From UHGV virus genome UHGV-1363143: 64,000 nucleotides of DNA; one strand, written 5' to 3'. A model generated the notes under the pieces. That model had not been told where the DNA came from and did not search any database. It saw nothing but the letters and a program-made list of their open reading frames with translations. The position numbers were made by a program, and so were the translations under genes. Positions 30,106 through 39,506 of this stretch are shown here, one piece after another (the stretch's first letter is position 1; every line of letters begins with the position of its first letter). The DNA is from a virus.

Positions 30106-31242
30106 ATGTTGAAGCGTAGAGATTTTAAAGTATACCGCTTCAAGACAATGAACAAAACTATTATATACGTAGGCTACACAGGAAAAGCTATTATAGAAAG
30201 ATTCCTTGAACATGCTAAAGATAAATACTGGATAAACGAAGTTGTTGAAGTGGAAGAGTGCACTATAGAAAATGAGGCACAAGCAAGGTTAGTAGAGATG
30301 TACTACATAAACTCTCTTAAACCTATATTTAATGCAAAGGATAAGTTTGCAGGAGCTATCCTAAGTAAATTAAGACCTCAGGAGAAGAAATTTACTCATA
30401 GTTTTTATGTATTAAATGGGACTGCTACAACTTGTGTAGCTAGAACTAATGACGATTATACATTAGTAAATTTTATTCAAGTTGTTGATACTCATATAGG
30501 TATGTATTACGATTCATACTTAAACCTATATTATTCAGCAAATGATATATGTAAAGCTCTAGACATCAAATCAAAAGATTTAATTAATTTGGCTAAAAAT
30601 AATGATATGTTTATCAAGACTTCATACGATTACGTGCATAAAGGAAAAGATAAAACATCAGATTTATATTTATGTACTTATGAAGCAATAGATAGTATTT
30701 TGGCATTATCAAATAGTGAATTTAAAGCTCAATGTAGAAATAGATTATCCATCTCAAGAAGATGTGCTGATATAGCTGTTATTTATAAAAATCCAGAAGA
30801 AGCTCTTTCTGTTAAGACAACTTATGATGAGCAACTAAGATTCTTATCTGGTAATAGATATGAAGATTCAAACATAAAAAGAAGATTAGTATTTAAGGCA
30901 CTTAACTGTGATAGAGGAATGGAAGTTGTAGTACATTCATATAACCAACAAATGAATACCTATGATATAAAATTCCCAGCAGAAATATTGGCCTGCGATA
31001 TTTTCTCTATGGTAGAAGATTTAAGTAACGAATACAATCTTTCTTATAAAGACGTATTCTCAGAATTCAATGAATTTCTGATTAAATATAAAAACCTTAA
31101 CTTTTGGCAAATCAACAATTCTACAAAAAAGAAGTTTAAAGACTTCTCATTACAATCTCATTTTATAGTAGCCTTAAATAAAGATCTACTATATAATCAT
31201 TTCTTAGAATTCTATAATAAAAATATTGAGAATGCGGCTTAA
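30106..31242 (+). CDS. free-standing GIY-YIG homing endonuclease
   Basis: The N-terminus has KVYRF...IIYVGYTG...R...H...YYINSLKPIFN, the GIY-YIG core with the catalytic Arg/His/Asn spacing. Confidence 0.7.
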   Translation: MLKRRDFKVYRFKTMNKTIIYVGYTGKAIIERFLEHAKDKYWINEVVEVEECTIENEAQARLVEMYYINSLKPIFNAKDKFAGAILSKLRPQEKKFTHSFYVLNGTATTCVARTNDDYTLVNFIQVVDTHIGMYYDSYLNLYYSANDICKALDIKSKDLINLAKNNDMFIKTSYDYVHKGKDKTSDLYLCTYEAIDSILALSNSEFKAQCRNRLSISRRCADIAVIYKNPEEALSVKTTYDEQLRFLSGNRYEDSNIKRRLVFKALNCDRGMEVVVHSYNQQMNTYDIKFPAEILACDIFSMVEDLSNEYNLSYKDVFSEFNEFLIKYKNLNFWQINNSTKKKFKDFSLQSHFIVALNKDLLYNHFLEFYNKNIENAA

Positions 31243-31276
31243 ATGGCACTCGCACGCTACTCAGTTAAAAAAAAGT

Positions 31277-31298
31277 GGACCAGGTGAAATCCTGGTCC
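31277..31298. terminator. bidirectional terminator at the point where + and - strand transcription converge
   Basis: GGACCAGGtgaaatCCTGGTCC flanked by AAAAAAAA and TTTTTG. Confidence 0.65.
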
Positions 31299-31325
31299 TT
31301 TTTGTGTACTACAAATACTATTAAT

Positions 31326-31502
31326 TTATTTTATAGTTATTTCATTATTATTAATAGTTAATTCAATTGCAGTTAAACAGTTATCACAATCATGGATAAC
31401 CTTTTTATTCATTTCTCTAATAGTAATAGTATCGCCTTCATAATACATAAGATTACATTCTGGGCATTGAAAAGTGTTTTTTATTATCTTTGTCTCACTC
31501 AT
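31326..31502 (-). CDS. small zinc-ribbon protein (~58 aa, not in ORF track; ends accurate to +/-1 nt)
   Basis: Minus strand: MSETKIIKNTFQCPECNLMYYEGDTITIREMNKKVIHDCDNCL... with an RBS AAGGAG. Confidence 0.4.
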   Translation of the reverse strand: MSETKIIKNTFQCPECNLMYYEGDTITIREMNKKVIHDCDNCLTAIELTINNNEITIK

Positions 31503-31562
31503 GCGTTGTCTCCTTTATACTCTTTTAAATTAAGTACTGTAGCACACATTAGTGAGATGCAT

Positions 31563-31835
31563 TTAAACTCTGCTTAAAAAATCCATAGCACTTTCTAAAC
31601 ATTCTATATCATAACGTTTATTCTTATCTTCTATAGTCTCTGGAAAACCAGTATAGTCTTCTACACTATCTGAAATTGATCTAATTAATTGTTGTAAGTA
31701 ATATATAGTTACACTCTTGTGTTTTGAATATAAAATAGGTTTATTTTTTTCAGCTTTATAAGCACCCCTATATTCTCCAACTTTAAATGCAAGTATTGTT
31801 ATAAATAATAAAAAAATAATATCAAATATCATCAA
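31563..31835 (-). CDS. small membrane protein
   Basis: The N-terminus is hydrophobic (IFDIIFLLFITILAF). Confidence 0.45.
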   Translation of the reverse strand: MMIFDIIFLLFITILAFKVGEYRGAYKAEKNKPILYSKHKSVTIYYLQQLIRSISDSVEDYTGFPETIEDKNKRYDIECLESAMDFLSRV

Positions 31836-31844
31836 TTTGACTCC

Positions 31845-32138
31845 TTAATATCTGTTGCGAGATGATTCGCAATACTTATTTAATTCTTTTTTAAAGCTAT
31901 CATAATTTTCATTAGATCTCTTTTCAATATCCTTTTCCATAAGAAATATCTTATTTGCTAGAAACTCAGCAATCATATGATTCACTTCTCTTTTAGCATG
32001 ATTAACGAAGCTATCTTGATTCGTTGATTCTTTTATTAGTCTATTTTTTTCTTCTTTCATTATAACTAGTATTTCTTCTCTGCACATATCATAATTATAA
32101 ATTTTAGCTGAATTATTATTTAAATCCATTCCTATCAT
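31845..32138 (-). CDS. hypothetical protein
   Basis: ORF. Confidence 0.4.
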   Translation of the reverse strand: MIGMDLNNNSAKIYNYDMCREEILVIMKEEKNRLIKESTNQDSFVNHAKREVNHMIAEFLANKIFLMEKDIEKRSNENYDSFKKELNKYCESSRNRY

Positions 32139-32141
32139 ATT

Positions 32142-32306
32142 TTATTTCTCCTTATCTTTAATTACTGCATAATCAAGTCCACAAGTTGGACATGTAGCAA
32201 ACATTATTAGTTCATTATTTACTTTTTCATAATAAGATACCTTTAAAGGCTTATTGCAAAAAAGGGCACAACGTAATCTCTTAAGTTTAATTATAAATTC
32301 TATCAT
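32142..32306 (-). CDS. small Cys-containing protein (54 aa, not in ORF track)
   Basis: MIEFIIKLKRLRCALFCNKP...ATCPTCGLDYAVIKDKEK. Confidence 0.35.
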   Translation of the reverse strand: MIEFIIKLKRLRCALFCNKPLKVSYYEKVNNELIMFATCPTCGLDYAVIKDKEK

Positions 32307-32314
32307 ATTATCTC

Positions 32315-32515
32315 CTAATCATACTCTGGTTCACCATATTCATACTTATCACAAGTTTCTGTATTAATACGATCTTCATAGTTATTCTTAGAACAAACGC
32401 CAGTGCAAGTTCCAACTAAAATAAAGTGAACACATCTACCACATTGACCTTCACTGGCAAAATTACCACTTATATGAAACAAAACAAAATCACACTCCTT
32501 ACAAAAGCAAAACAA
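32315..32515 (-). CDS. small Cys-rich protein
   Basis: CKECD...CGRCVH...CTGVC...C motifs. Confidence 0.4.
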   Translation of the reverse strand: MFCFCKECDFVLFHISGNFASEGQCGRCVHFILVGTCTGVCSKNNYEDRINTETCDKYEYGEPEYD

Positions 32516-32547
32516 GGAAAAGGGCAGAAGAACCCAAAACCAAGATT

Positions 32548-32585
32548 ATTAATAGCTAAAAAGACGTACCCACAACAAAGCAGGC
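32548..32585 (-). terminator. minus-strand terminator
   Basis: GACGTACC...GGCACGTC hairpin in a GC-rich patch, preceded on the + strand by AAAAAG. Confidence 0.4.
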
Positions 32586-32596
32586 ACGTCCAAAAA

Positions 32597-33853
32597 CTAC
32601 ATTGCAGTGTCTAAGTATTCTTCATTATCACTATCTTCGATATCATGATCTTCAATATTACTTATTTCAAACTTCTTAGGCATATTTGAATATCTATATT
32701 TTTTATATAGCCATTCAACACCTTTTGGAGTTACCTTTACAGTAATTCTGCTTGATTCATTATCTTCGTCAATAGGTTTAACTTCAAATAATCCTTGGCC
32801 TATAAATCTTTGATATGGAGTATTTCTATCTTCTCCGCTAGAAATTAAAACGCCATCTCTTCTTAACCATGCTAATAATGTATTTCTACCTATTATAGTT
32901 TTAGAAGTCGCTGTTCTTGGTATAGCTACCATTTTAGCAGCGGCAGAGAAGCTATATAATCCATCACTATTTATAAAGTCTTCATAGGCCATAAGCTTTG
33001 GAGCATTATCAACCTTTTCTCTCAATAATGCTTCTTTTTCTTCTTTTTCTTTTTTATAGTTTTCAAAAAGTTGTATAGCTGCATCTGGATCATTTAAGAA
33101 CTTCTCAACAGTAGAACCAGTAGCATAGAATCCATGTTGTCTTATATCAGGTAAAACTTCATCAAATACCCAAGATTCAAATTTTTGAGCAGCAGGTAAT
33201 TTAGATCCTGTTATTAATCTATAAATATCACCTTGAGGTATAATGATCATAGATTGTTTTCCACCTTTTGAAAGGATGTCGTGTTTCACGACTCCCTTAC
33301 AATGTCTAGCTATTGCATCTCTGTAATTGCTGTATCCAAGCGCCTTCGCAACGTCTTTTGCTACAGCATATTCTTTGTGGTTTATAGCTACAAACCTTAC
33401 TGTACCAAATATTTCATTTTCCTTAAGAATAACCTTACTTGGTTTACTGTCTAGTTTTATAACTTCAGTACTAACCATTATCTTCTTAGGTTTATTTGTT
33501 TTACGAGTTCTAGTTTTAGTCGCATTAGATTCAATAGAACCAACGCTACTAAGATATTCTATTATTTCAATAGTAGTATCATTAACTCTCATTCCTGATA
33601 CTATTTTAATTGCAGCTTCAACTGTTATATCATAATTTATAACAGGTCTACCTATAGTACTTTTATTAACTACAGTTGTAACATAATCTTTATTTGCTAT
33701 AAGATTTTCAGATTTAATCTTAGCTCTAATCCAAGTAGGGAAGTCCCTTCTTATATTTAAGCTACCATACAATTCTCTTGCATCTAGCATTTTTTCATTT
33801 CCTTCATTAAATATTTTTATAGTTCCTTCTTTTCTCATAATCAATTCCTCCAT
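32597..33853 (-). CDS. phage antirepressor (Bro-N domain plus KilAC/ANT C-terminal domain)
   Basis: FGTVRFVAINHKEYAVAKDVAKALGYSNYRDA is Bro-N; the C-terminal ...AAAKMVAIPRTATSKTIIGRNTLLAWLR is KilAC-like. Confidence 0.7.
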   Translation of the reverse strand: MEELIMRKEGTIKIFNEGNEKMLDARELYGSLNIRRDFPTWIRAKIKSENLIANKDYVTTVVNKSTIGRPVINYDITVEAAIKIVSGMRVNDTTIEIIEYLSSVGSIESNATKTRTRKTNKPKKIMVSTEVIKLDSKPSKVILKENEIFGTVRFVAINHKEYAVAKDVAKALGYSNYRDAIARHCKGVVKHDILSKGGKQSMIIIPQGDIYRLITGSKLPAAQKFESWVFDEVLPDIRQHGFYATGSTVEKFLNDPDAAIQLFENYKKEKEEKEALLREKVDNAPKLMAYEDFINSDGLYSFSAAAKMVAIPRTATSKTIIGRNTLLAWLRRDGVLISSGEDRNTPYQRFIGQGLFEVKPIDEDNESSRITVKVTPKGVEWLYKKYRYSNMPKKFEISNIEDHDIEDSDNEEYLDTAM

Positions 33854-33939
33854 ATTCTTTGTATTTTTATATTATGTTGCGTTTTTAAAAAAGAATAATA
33901 AAAAGTCGATACTCTCCGAAAAAAGTACCGACTTTATCA

Positions 33940-34098
33940 TTATTTCTTAGTAAGAGTAATATCATATCCACAAAAAATTGCTATGACTAAAATCACAACA
34001 ATTAGCCATACTGCAATATCTAAGAATACAGCTCCTCCTTTGTAAGAGATTTCAAGACTCCAAATAGCTTCTAATATTATGTCAAACAAGTTATACAT
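33940..34098 (-). CDS. small membrane protein (52 aa, not in ORF track)
   Basis: MYNLFDIILEAIWSLEISYKGGAVFLDIAVWLIVVILVIAIFCGYD... with an RBS AAGGAG. Confidence 0.35.
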   Translation of the reverse strand: MYNLFDIILEAIWSLEISYKGGAVFLDIAVWLIVVILVIAIFCGYDITLTKK

Positions 34099-34110
34099 AG
34101 CTGTCTCCTT

Positions 34111-35325
34111 TTAGTGGGCCTTATAGTTATATATAGGCTTTATTATTTCAATATCATCTACAGTGTCAACTATGTTTTCTAGAATTTCTTCTATTGGTTT
34201 ATAAGCCATAGGAGCTTCATCAAGAGTTGATTCACATACAGAAGAAGAGTAGATATCTTTCATTGTATCTTTAAACTCTTCTATATTTAATAACTCTTTA
34301 GCTTGACTTCTAGAATATAATCTTCCTGCTCCATGTGGAGCAGAGTAGTTCCATTCTGGATTACCTTTTCCTACAGCTATAATAGATCCATCTCTCATGT
34401 TGATAGGAATCAACACGACTTCGCCATCAGCAGCACTAATTGCTCCTTTTCTTAATATAGGATAACATCCTGTTTTAGAAGTAACATCACAATCAACTTC
34501 AATATAGTTATGAATAGTGTGAAAAGATCTACCTGTTTTTAATTCCATTTTTTCAATAATAATATCCGCTATAGCTTCTCTATTCATTTGAGCATACCAT
34601 TGAGCTATTTTCATATCATGAAGATAGTCATCATAGTTTTTTCCTGCAAGATAACATAATGAATCTGGTATTTTAGGTCCATCTAAGAGCTTTAAAGCTA
34701 CTTGAAGTTCTTTTTCTCTTCCTTCAAGTTTGTATTGAGAGATTATTTTAGCTTTCTCATGTTTATTATCGTTTATAGTTTTAATAGCTAATTTTTGATA
34801 ATACTCAGCTACTTGCTTACCTAGATATCTAGAACCAGAATGAACCACTAAATATAAGTTGCCGTTAGCATCTTTATTTAGCTCTATAAAATGATTTCCG
34901 CCTCCTAGAGTACCTATTGACTTTCTAGCTCTATCTAAATTAATTTGAGACTTGCAAAGTAATTCATTTAAATTTACATACCTATTATAATTATGATCTT
35001 TACTCCTTATGCTCTGCCCTGAAGGAATATATTTTTTAATAACTTCATCTAAAGCTTTTAAATCAATTTCCTTATCTTTTAGTTGTACGCAGAACATTCC
35101 ACATCCTATGTCTACACCTACTAAGTTAGGAACGACTTTACCATGTAAAGTCATTGTTGTTCCTATAGTACATCCAGCACCAGCATGAGTATCAGGCATT
35201 ATTGCAATGTTTGAATCTTTAGCGAACTCTTGATTACACAATTCGATTATTTGAGAGATTGCTAAAGATTCTATATTATCTGTAAATACTTTTGCTTCAT
35301 TATATTTTCCTTGTAATTTAATCAT
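34111..35325 (-). CDS. rtcB: RtcB RNA 3'-phosphate ligase
   Basis: MPDTHAGAG, GVDIGCGM, GGGNHFIE, HSGSRYLG and PHGAGR motifs. Confidence 0.85.
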   Translation of the reverse strand: MIKLQGKYNEAKVFTDNIESLAISQIIELCNQEFAKDSNIAIMPDTHAGAGCTIGTTMTLHGKVVPNLVGVDIGCGMFCVQLKDKEIDLKALDEVIKKYIPSGQSIRSKDHNYNRYVNLNELLCKSQINLDRARKSIGTLGGGNHFIELNKDANGNLYLVVHSGSRYLGKQVAEYYQKLAIKTINDNKHEKAKIISQYKLEGREKELQVALKLLDGPKIPDSLCYLAGKNYDDYLHDMKIAQWYAQMNREAIADIIIEKMELKTGRSFHTIHNYIEVDCDVTSKTGCYPILRKGAISAADGEVVLIPINMRDGSIIAVGKGNPEWNYSAPHGAGRLYSRSQAKELLNIEEFKDTMKDIYSSSVCESTLDEAPMAYKPIEEILENIVDTVDDIEIIKPIYNYKAH

Positions 35326-35343
35326 ATATATCCTCCTAAGATA

Positions 35344-38300
35344 TTAATTTAATGATTGTACTAATATTTGATAAGTCCATAATATTCTAGCGAAATATTC
35401 ATATCTAACTTGAGGATATGGTATTATTCCACTTTCAGAAACATACTGCTTAATGTATGGAGCAAATTCTCCACCTGTCATAGGGGATAGGGAATATTTT
35501 TTAATTGTATTTGAAACTGTTCCTTGTCCACTATTATATCCGTAAAGAGTAATTGGCCATGTTCCCCATTCTTTACCTCTTAACGCCATTATGTCCTTAC
35601 GTTTACCCATTAAGTGATCTATTGATCCACTTACTTGAGTCTTGAAGTATTCAGTTGCTTCTGCTGAACCAGGTTTTACATTAGTAGATAATGATGCTCC
35701 ACCTGAGCCTGGAGCTAATTGTAGAAGTCCTGGATCTGGTCCACCAGCATGAGGATTACCACCAGCTTCGACTCCTGACAATGCCAGCATCATGTATGGA
35801 TCAATCTCTACTCCATATTGTTTACTCTTTTCTGCACATACACTTGCAAAGATAGGTGCATAGTTCCACTTTTGATTATTAGTGATAACTCCGTTTGCCC
35901 AACTTTGAGCTCTAGATTTAATATTATCTCTTAAATCACTTGGAAGCTTTTGAATATCTGGATCAAATGAATCTGCAGCTGTTGCCGATATAGCATTTTT
36001 ATCTGCTTCAACAAGTTCTTTAGGTCTACCAAAAGCAAATATTCTTTTATCCCAATTCTTTGTAGGAGATTTTTTAAGATGCTCAGTTATAGGTGCATTA
36101 TTAGTAGAAGCGTGAATGTATTCTCCGTTTCCTATATATATACCTACATGTCCTATTTGACTTAAAGAAGCTTTAGCTAATTCTTCTTGAGTGCTTGGTT
36201 TTGGCTCTTGTGAAGTAAACCATACTAAATCTCCAGGCAATGCTTTATCTTCTTCAGTATGAGGTATAATGATTCCTCCAGTAGAAGGCAAGCATAATGG
36301 ATATTCAGATGATGTATTACCAGCTATACTTGTTAAACCAGCATGTTTATATGCAGCTTCTGCAAAAGAAGAACAGTCCCAATAATGAATGCCATTTACG
36401 GCATTGTCATTATGACTATATCGTGTCGGACCATTAGCGCTATTGGTATTCATAGTATATCTACCTTTACCGTCTTTACATAGCTTAAGTCCATTTTCAA
36501 CATATTCAACTATTTTCTTTCTTATTGCAGCCCCGCCTCCATATAGTCCAGAAACACTTAAATCGCTTTCAGTACCGAAGTCCTCAAAGCTATAATTATT
36601 AGAATCATATTTTAGAGTTTCATATGCTTCTGTTTCTTCAACTACATTTTTGAATTCATCTTCTATAACAGGTTCATTTTCTTTTTCGACTACAGGTTTA
36701 ACTGCTTGGATTCCTTCTGTTTTGTATTCCGCAACATTATGTCTTTGTGCTTCAAGTGGAGTAGGGTTCCAATCCATTTTAAAACCTTCCTCAAAAATCT
36801 CATTAAAAGGCTTAGGTGGAGTAGCTTCAGTATTTAACTTAGCTGGTTCTCTTTCGACATGCATTTCTTCGGTTCTTGTGAAGTCTATATATTCTCCCAT
36901 ACTCATATAGCTCATTTGAATATCATCTAATACTTGAGCAACATTAGCTCCAGTATCGTCTAATATAGCATATACTTGACCAAGTATAGGTTCATATCTA
37001 GTACATGATAAGCATTGGTCTAAAGTCATACTTTGACCATCATTAATTCTGTCATTATGAAGACATCTTATACATTTATATTTACCATAAACATCTTGAC
37101 CTCCATAATATACACAATTAACTTGCATTCTAGATGCTGTCCTAAATAAATTTCTCATTACAGTTGAAAGAATATTTTCTAGTTTAACTAGTCTTCTTTC
37201 AGTTCTTTTGGCCATAGTAATGATTTCATCTTGTACCATAGCAAAATTCTTTGCTACCTCAGGCCCAATGATTGAGTCTGGGTGATTACAGTCATGTAAA
37301 TTAAATGCTACTTCATCAATCTTTACTTTAGGCATATGACTTTCTAACTCTTTTATCTTGTCGTCAGTAGGGAATGGATCGTTATTATTTACAGGTTTCC
37401 CTTCAATTTTTTTAACAGCACCAACATAATCTTTTATGTTAAAGGCTTTCTCACGATTATCAAATTCCTCAACAGACAATGGAACAGAGTTAGATTGAAT
37501 AGGTTTACTCTCTGTACTAGAGTTTAATAAAGTAATAGTTCCTCCAGGGGGAACTGCTAGATCAGGGTATATTGGTTCAACCTCAAGATTATTAGGAGTT
37601 ACTTTACCTGTTAAGGTATCAAAAGCTCTGCTACAATGACTAGATGAAGGAGGGGCATTTTCAACAACAGAATAAGTAAAAACATTATTTTGTTTTGTAG
37701 TAAAGTCTTTAATATCTCCTGGATCATTTGATTTGAATTGAACTATTTTTTCAATATCTCTATGATCTGGTTCAAAGCCTTTAGCATACTTATCCGCATC
37801 TTGTCCATATTTCAAATAGAATTTCCTAACTTCTTCGTCAGTATATGAAGTGTCAGCATTTTCAAGATCTTCATCCTCATAATCCTCATCCTTTATAGCC
37901 TTATATGTATCTTCTAATAATTCAATAAAGTGTCTCCATTTATCTTTTTCAAGTAAATATAGTGGGGAAGGGGATCTATTTAAATCAAATGCTCTCATCA
38001 CATCATCTGGTGAAAGTTCATTCTTTATTAAATAATCAGCAATGAATTTAATAGTTTTTCTTTCTATATCTTCATACTTAGAATCTTTAGGAATTACTAT
38101 TAATATTGATATAGATTCTTCATTTGCCTTGTTATTATAAAGTGCCCTATTAATAAAAGTATTTTTTCCTTCTATAATGTGTTGTGTTTGCTTGTTATCT
38201 GGAACACAATTCATAATATCCTTATCATCAATAATAAAATGATATCCTTTTTCAGATTTAAACTCGTCATCATCAGCTATAATTATTGCACTTTTAGTAA

Positions 38301-38448
38301 ATACAGTGTCTTCCTTATATTCAAATAAATCTGACCTGCAATGAATAGTAATACCTTTTACTTTTTCAAGATCTTTAAGTTTTTTTATTTGTGATTCATC
38401 TGCAATACTATCTGTAATTTCTATATCAATCATTGCTAACGCCTCCAT
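35344..38448 (-). CDS. 1034-aa multidomain peptidoglycan hydrolase (N-terminal amidase_2-like, NlpC/P60 peptidase, C-terminal SLT lytic transglycosylase)
   Basis: EKGYHFIIDD is amidase_2-like. HYWDCSSF...IGHVGIYIG gives the NlpC/P60 Cys/His pair. LALSGVEAGGNP...GLLQL is the SLT domain. Confidence 0.7.
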   Translation of the reverse strand: MEALAMIDIEITDSIADESQIKKLKDLEKVKGITIHCRSDLFEYKEDTVFTKSAIIIADDDEFKSEKGYHFIIDDKDIMNCVPDNKQTQHIIEGKNTFINRALYNNKANEESISILIVIPKDSKYEDIERKTIKFIADYLIKNELSPDDVMRAFDLNRSPSPLYLLEKDKWRHFIELLEDTYKAIKDEDYEDEDLENADTSYTDEEVRKFYLKYGQDADKYAKGFEPDHRDIEKIVQFKSNDPGDIKDFTTKQNNVFTYSVVENAPPSSSHCSRAFDTLTGKVTPNNLEVEPIYPDLAVPPGGTITLLNSSTESKPIQSNSVPLSVEEFDNREKAFNIKDYVGAVKKIEGKPVNNNDPFPTDDKIKELESHMPKVKIDEVAFNLHDCNHPDSIIGPEVAKNFAMVQDEIITMAKRTERRLVKLENILSTVMRNLFRTASRMQVNCVYYGGQDVYGKYKCIRCLHNDRINDGQSMTLDQCLSCTRYEPILGQVYAILDDTGANVAQVLDDIQMSYMSMGEYIDFTRTEEMHVEREPAKLNTEATPPKPFNEIFEEGFKMDWNPTPLEAQRHNVAEYKTEGIQAVKPVVEKENEPVIEDEFKNVVEETEAYETLKYDSNNYSFEDFGTESDLSVSGLYGGGAAIRKKIVEYVENGLKLCKDGKGRYTMNTNSANGPTRYSHNDNAVNGIHYWDCSSFAEAAYKHAGLTSIAGNTSSEYPLCLPSTGGIIIPHTEEDKALPGDLVWFTSQEPKPSTQEELAKASLSQIGHVGIYIGNGEYIHASTNNAPITEHLKKSPTKNWDKRIFAFGRPKELVEADKNAISATAADSFDPDIQKLPSDLRDNIKSRAQSWANGVITNNQKWNYAPIFASVCAEKSKQYGVEIDPYMMLALSGVEAGGNPHAGGPDPGLLQLAPGSGGASLSTNVKPGSAEATEYFKTQVSGSIDHLMGKRKDIMALRGKEWGTWPITLYGYNSGQGTVSNTIKKYSLSPMTGGEFAPYIKQYVSESGIIPYPQVRYEYFARILWTYQILVQSLN

Positions 38449-38788
38449 TATAAGAACTATATAAGTCTTGTATCATTTCATTTTCTTCATCAGGTCGAGG
38501 ATCATACTTCCCAGCAACCTTTCTGTCTAGAATAGTGCTTCCTAACATTTGTCTAGTTGCATCTCGAAGCATTCTCTTATAATCAGCTTCACTTTGAGCA
38601 GCATTGATTCTTGAGTAATCCCATGTTTCTTCTTTCTGTTTATCTTTCAATTCCTTATAAACAGTGGCTTTTATTCTAACTCCATCTACATCATCTATGT
38701 AGTAGTAGTCACCTGGTCCTATCAGTTCACCTGATACATCACACTTCATTAACTCATTAAAGCGAGTGTTTCTTTTTAACCATAACAT
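38426..38788 (-). CDS. hypothetical protein
   Basis: ORF. Confidence 0.45.
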   Translation of the reverse strand: MLWLKRNTRFNELMKCDVSGELIGPGDYYYIDDVDGVRIKATVYKELKDKQKEETWDYSRINAAQSEADYKRMLRDATRQMLGSTILDRKVAGKYDPRPDEENEMIQDLYSSYNGGVSND

Positions 38789-38799
38789 TTTTTGTCCTC

Positions 38800-39239
38800 C
38801 TTCAATGTAATTTATATCATACTATAAATTATGTTTTATTTTGCAATTTAAGCTACAATATATATTACGTTGTATATCATAATATATATTACATTTAATA
38901 TAACAACATATATTAGATTATAAAATGCAATATATAATATGTTTCCTATTAGCTTATATAATAGAAAAAACCCACAACTTAAATTAGTTGCAGGTCATTC
39001 AGGAGATTCGATTTTGTTATTTTCATGGTACATATTGAACAGTTTAATGTCATATTCAGGACTATGTACGTGGGAGCACCAACCGTTCAGTGCCCCCTAT
39101 ATTTACGGAGGTAATATATGAAAAAGAAAAACTGTAAGGGTAGGGAATACAATGGGTACAGGAGGTGTTTGTTCCATGTATCCCTGAGGAAGTTTTACAT
39201 TTATATATTATGTTATCTATGAATAATAGACTACTAATC
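38800..39239. other. non-coding region: AT-rich direct repeats plus a GC-rich structured island (candidate attP, origin or ncRNA)
   Basis: ATATATATTAC direct repeats around 38860-38900. At 39060-39190 a GC-rich segment carries nested hairpins (GGGAGCAC...GTGCCCCC; AGGGAATACAATGG...CCATGTATCCCT). Confidence 0.35.
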
Positions 39240-39437
39240 TTAAAGTTTTTCAACAATTTTATTTAAGAAATTTGAAATTTCATCACATTCCAAAACTATA
39301 GAATTACATACATTCTTTTGATTATTTCCAACGTCTTCGGATAATTTAGCGAATGCAGTAGATATTCTATTTAGTGTTTTTATATATTCATTTATTTTTT
39401 TATATTCAAGATTTTTTAATAAAATATACTTACTCAT
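39240..39437 (-). CDS. hypothetical small protein
   Basis: ORF with RBS GGAGG. Confidence 0.4.
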   Translation of the reverse strand: MSKYILLKNLEYKKINEYIKTLNRISTAFAKLSEDVGNNQKNVCNSIVLECDEISNFLNKIVEKL

Positions 39438-39506
39438 ATTGCATTCCTCCTAGTGTATTTACTATATTAATACACATAAAAAAAGCACTAATACAATAGT
39501 GCTTAA

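Noticed and set aside
39040-39200. GC-rich island as a tRNA or tmRNA gene
   Set aside because: No cloverleaf could be folded, there is no GTTC T-loop, and no CCA-compatible acceptor stem. It is kept only as an unexplained structured element.
38939-39256. Track ORFs 38939..39121 (+) and 39062..39256 (-) in the int-proximal non-coding region
   Set aside because: They have no RBS, low-complexity translations, and overlap each other on opposite strands. The region is better explained as regulatory or att DNA.
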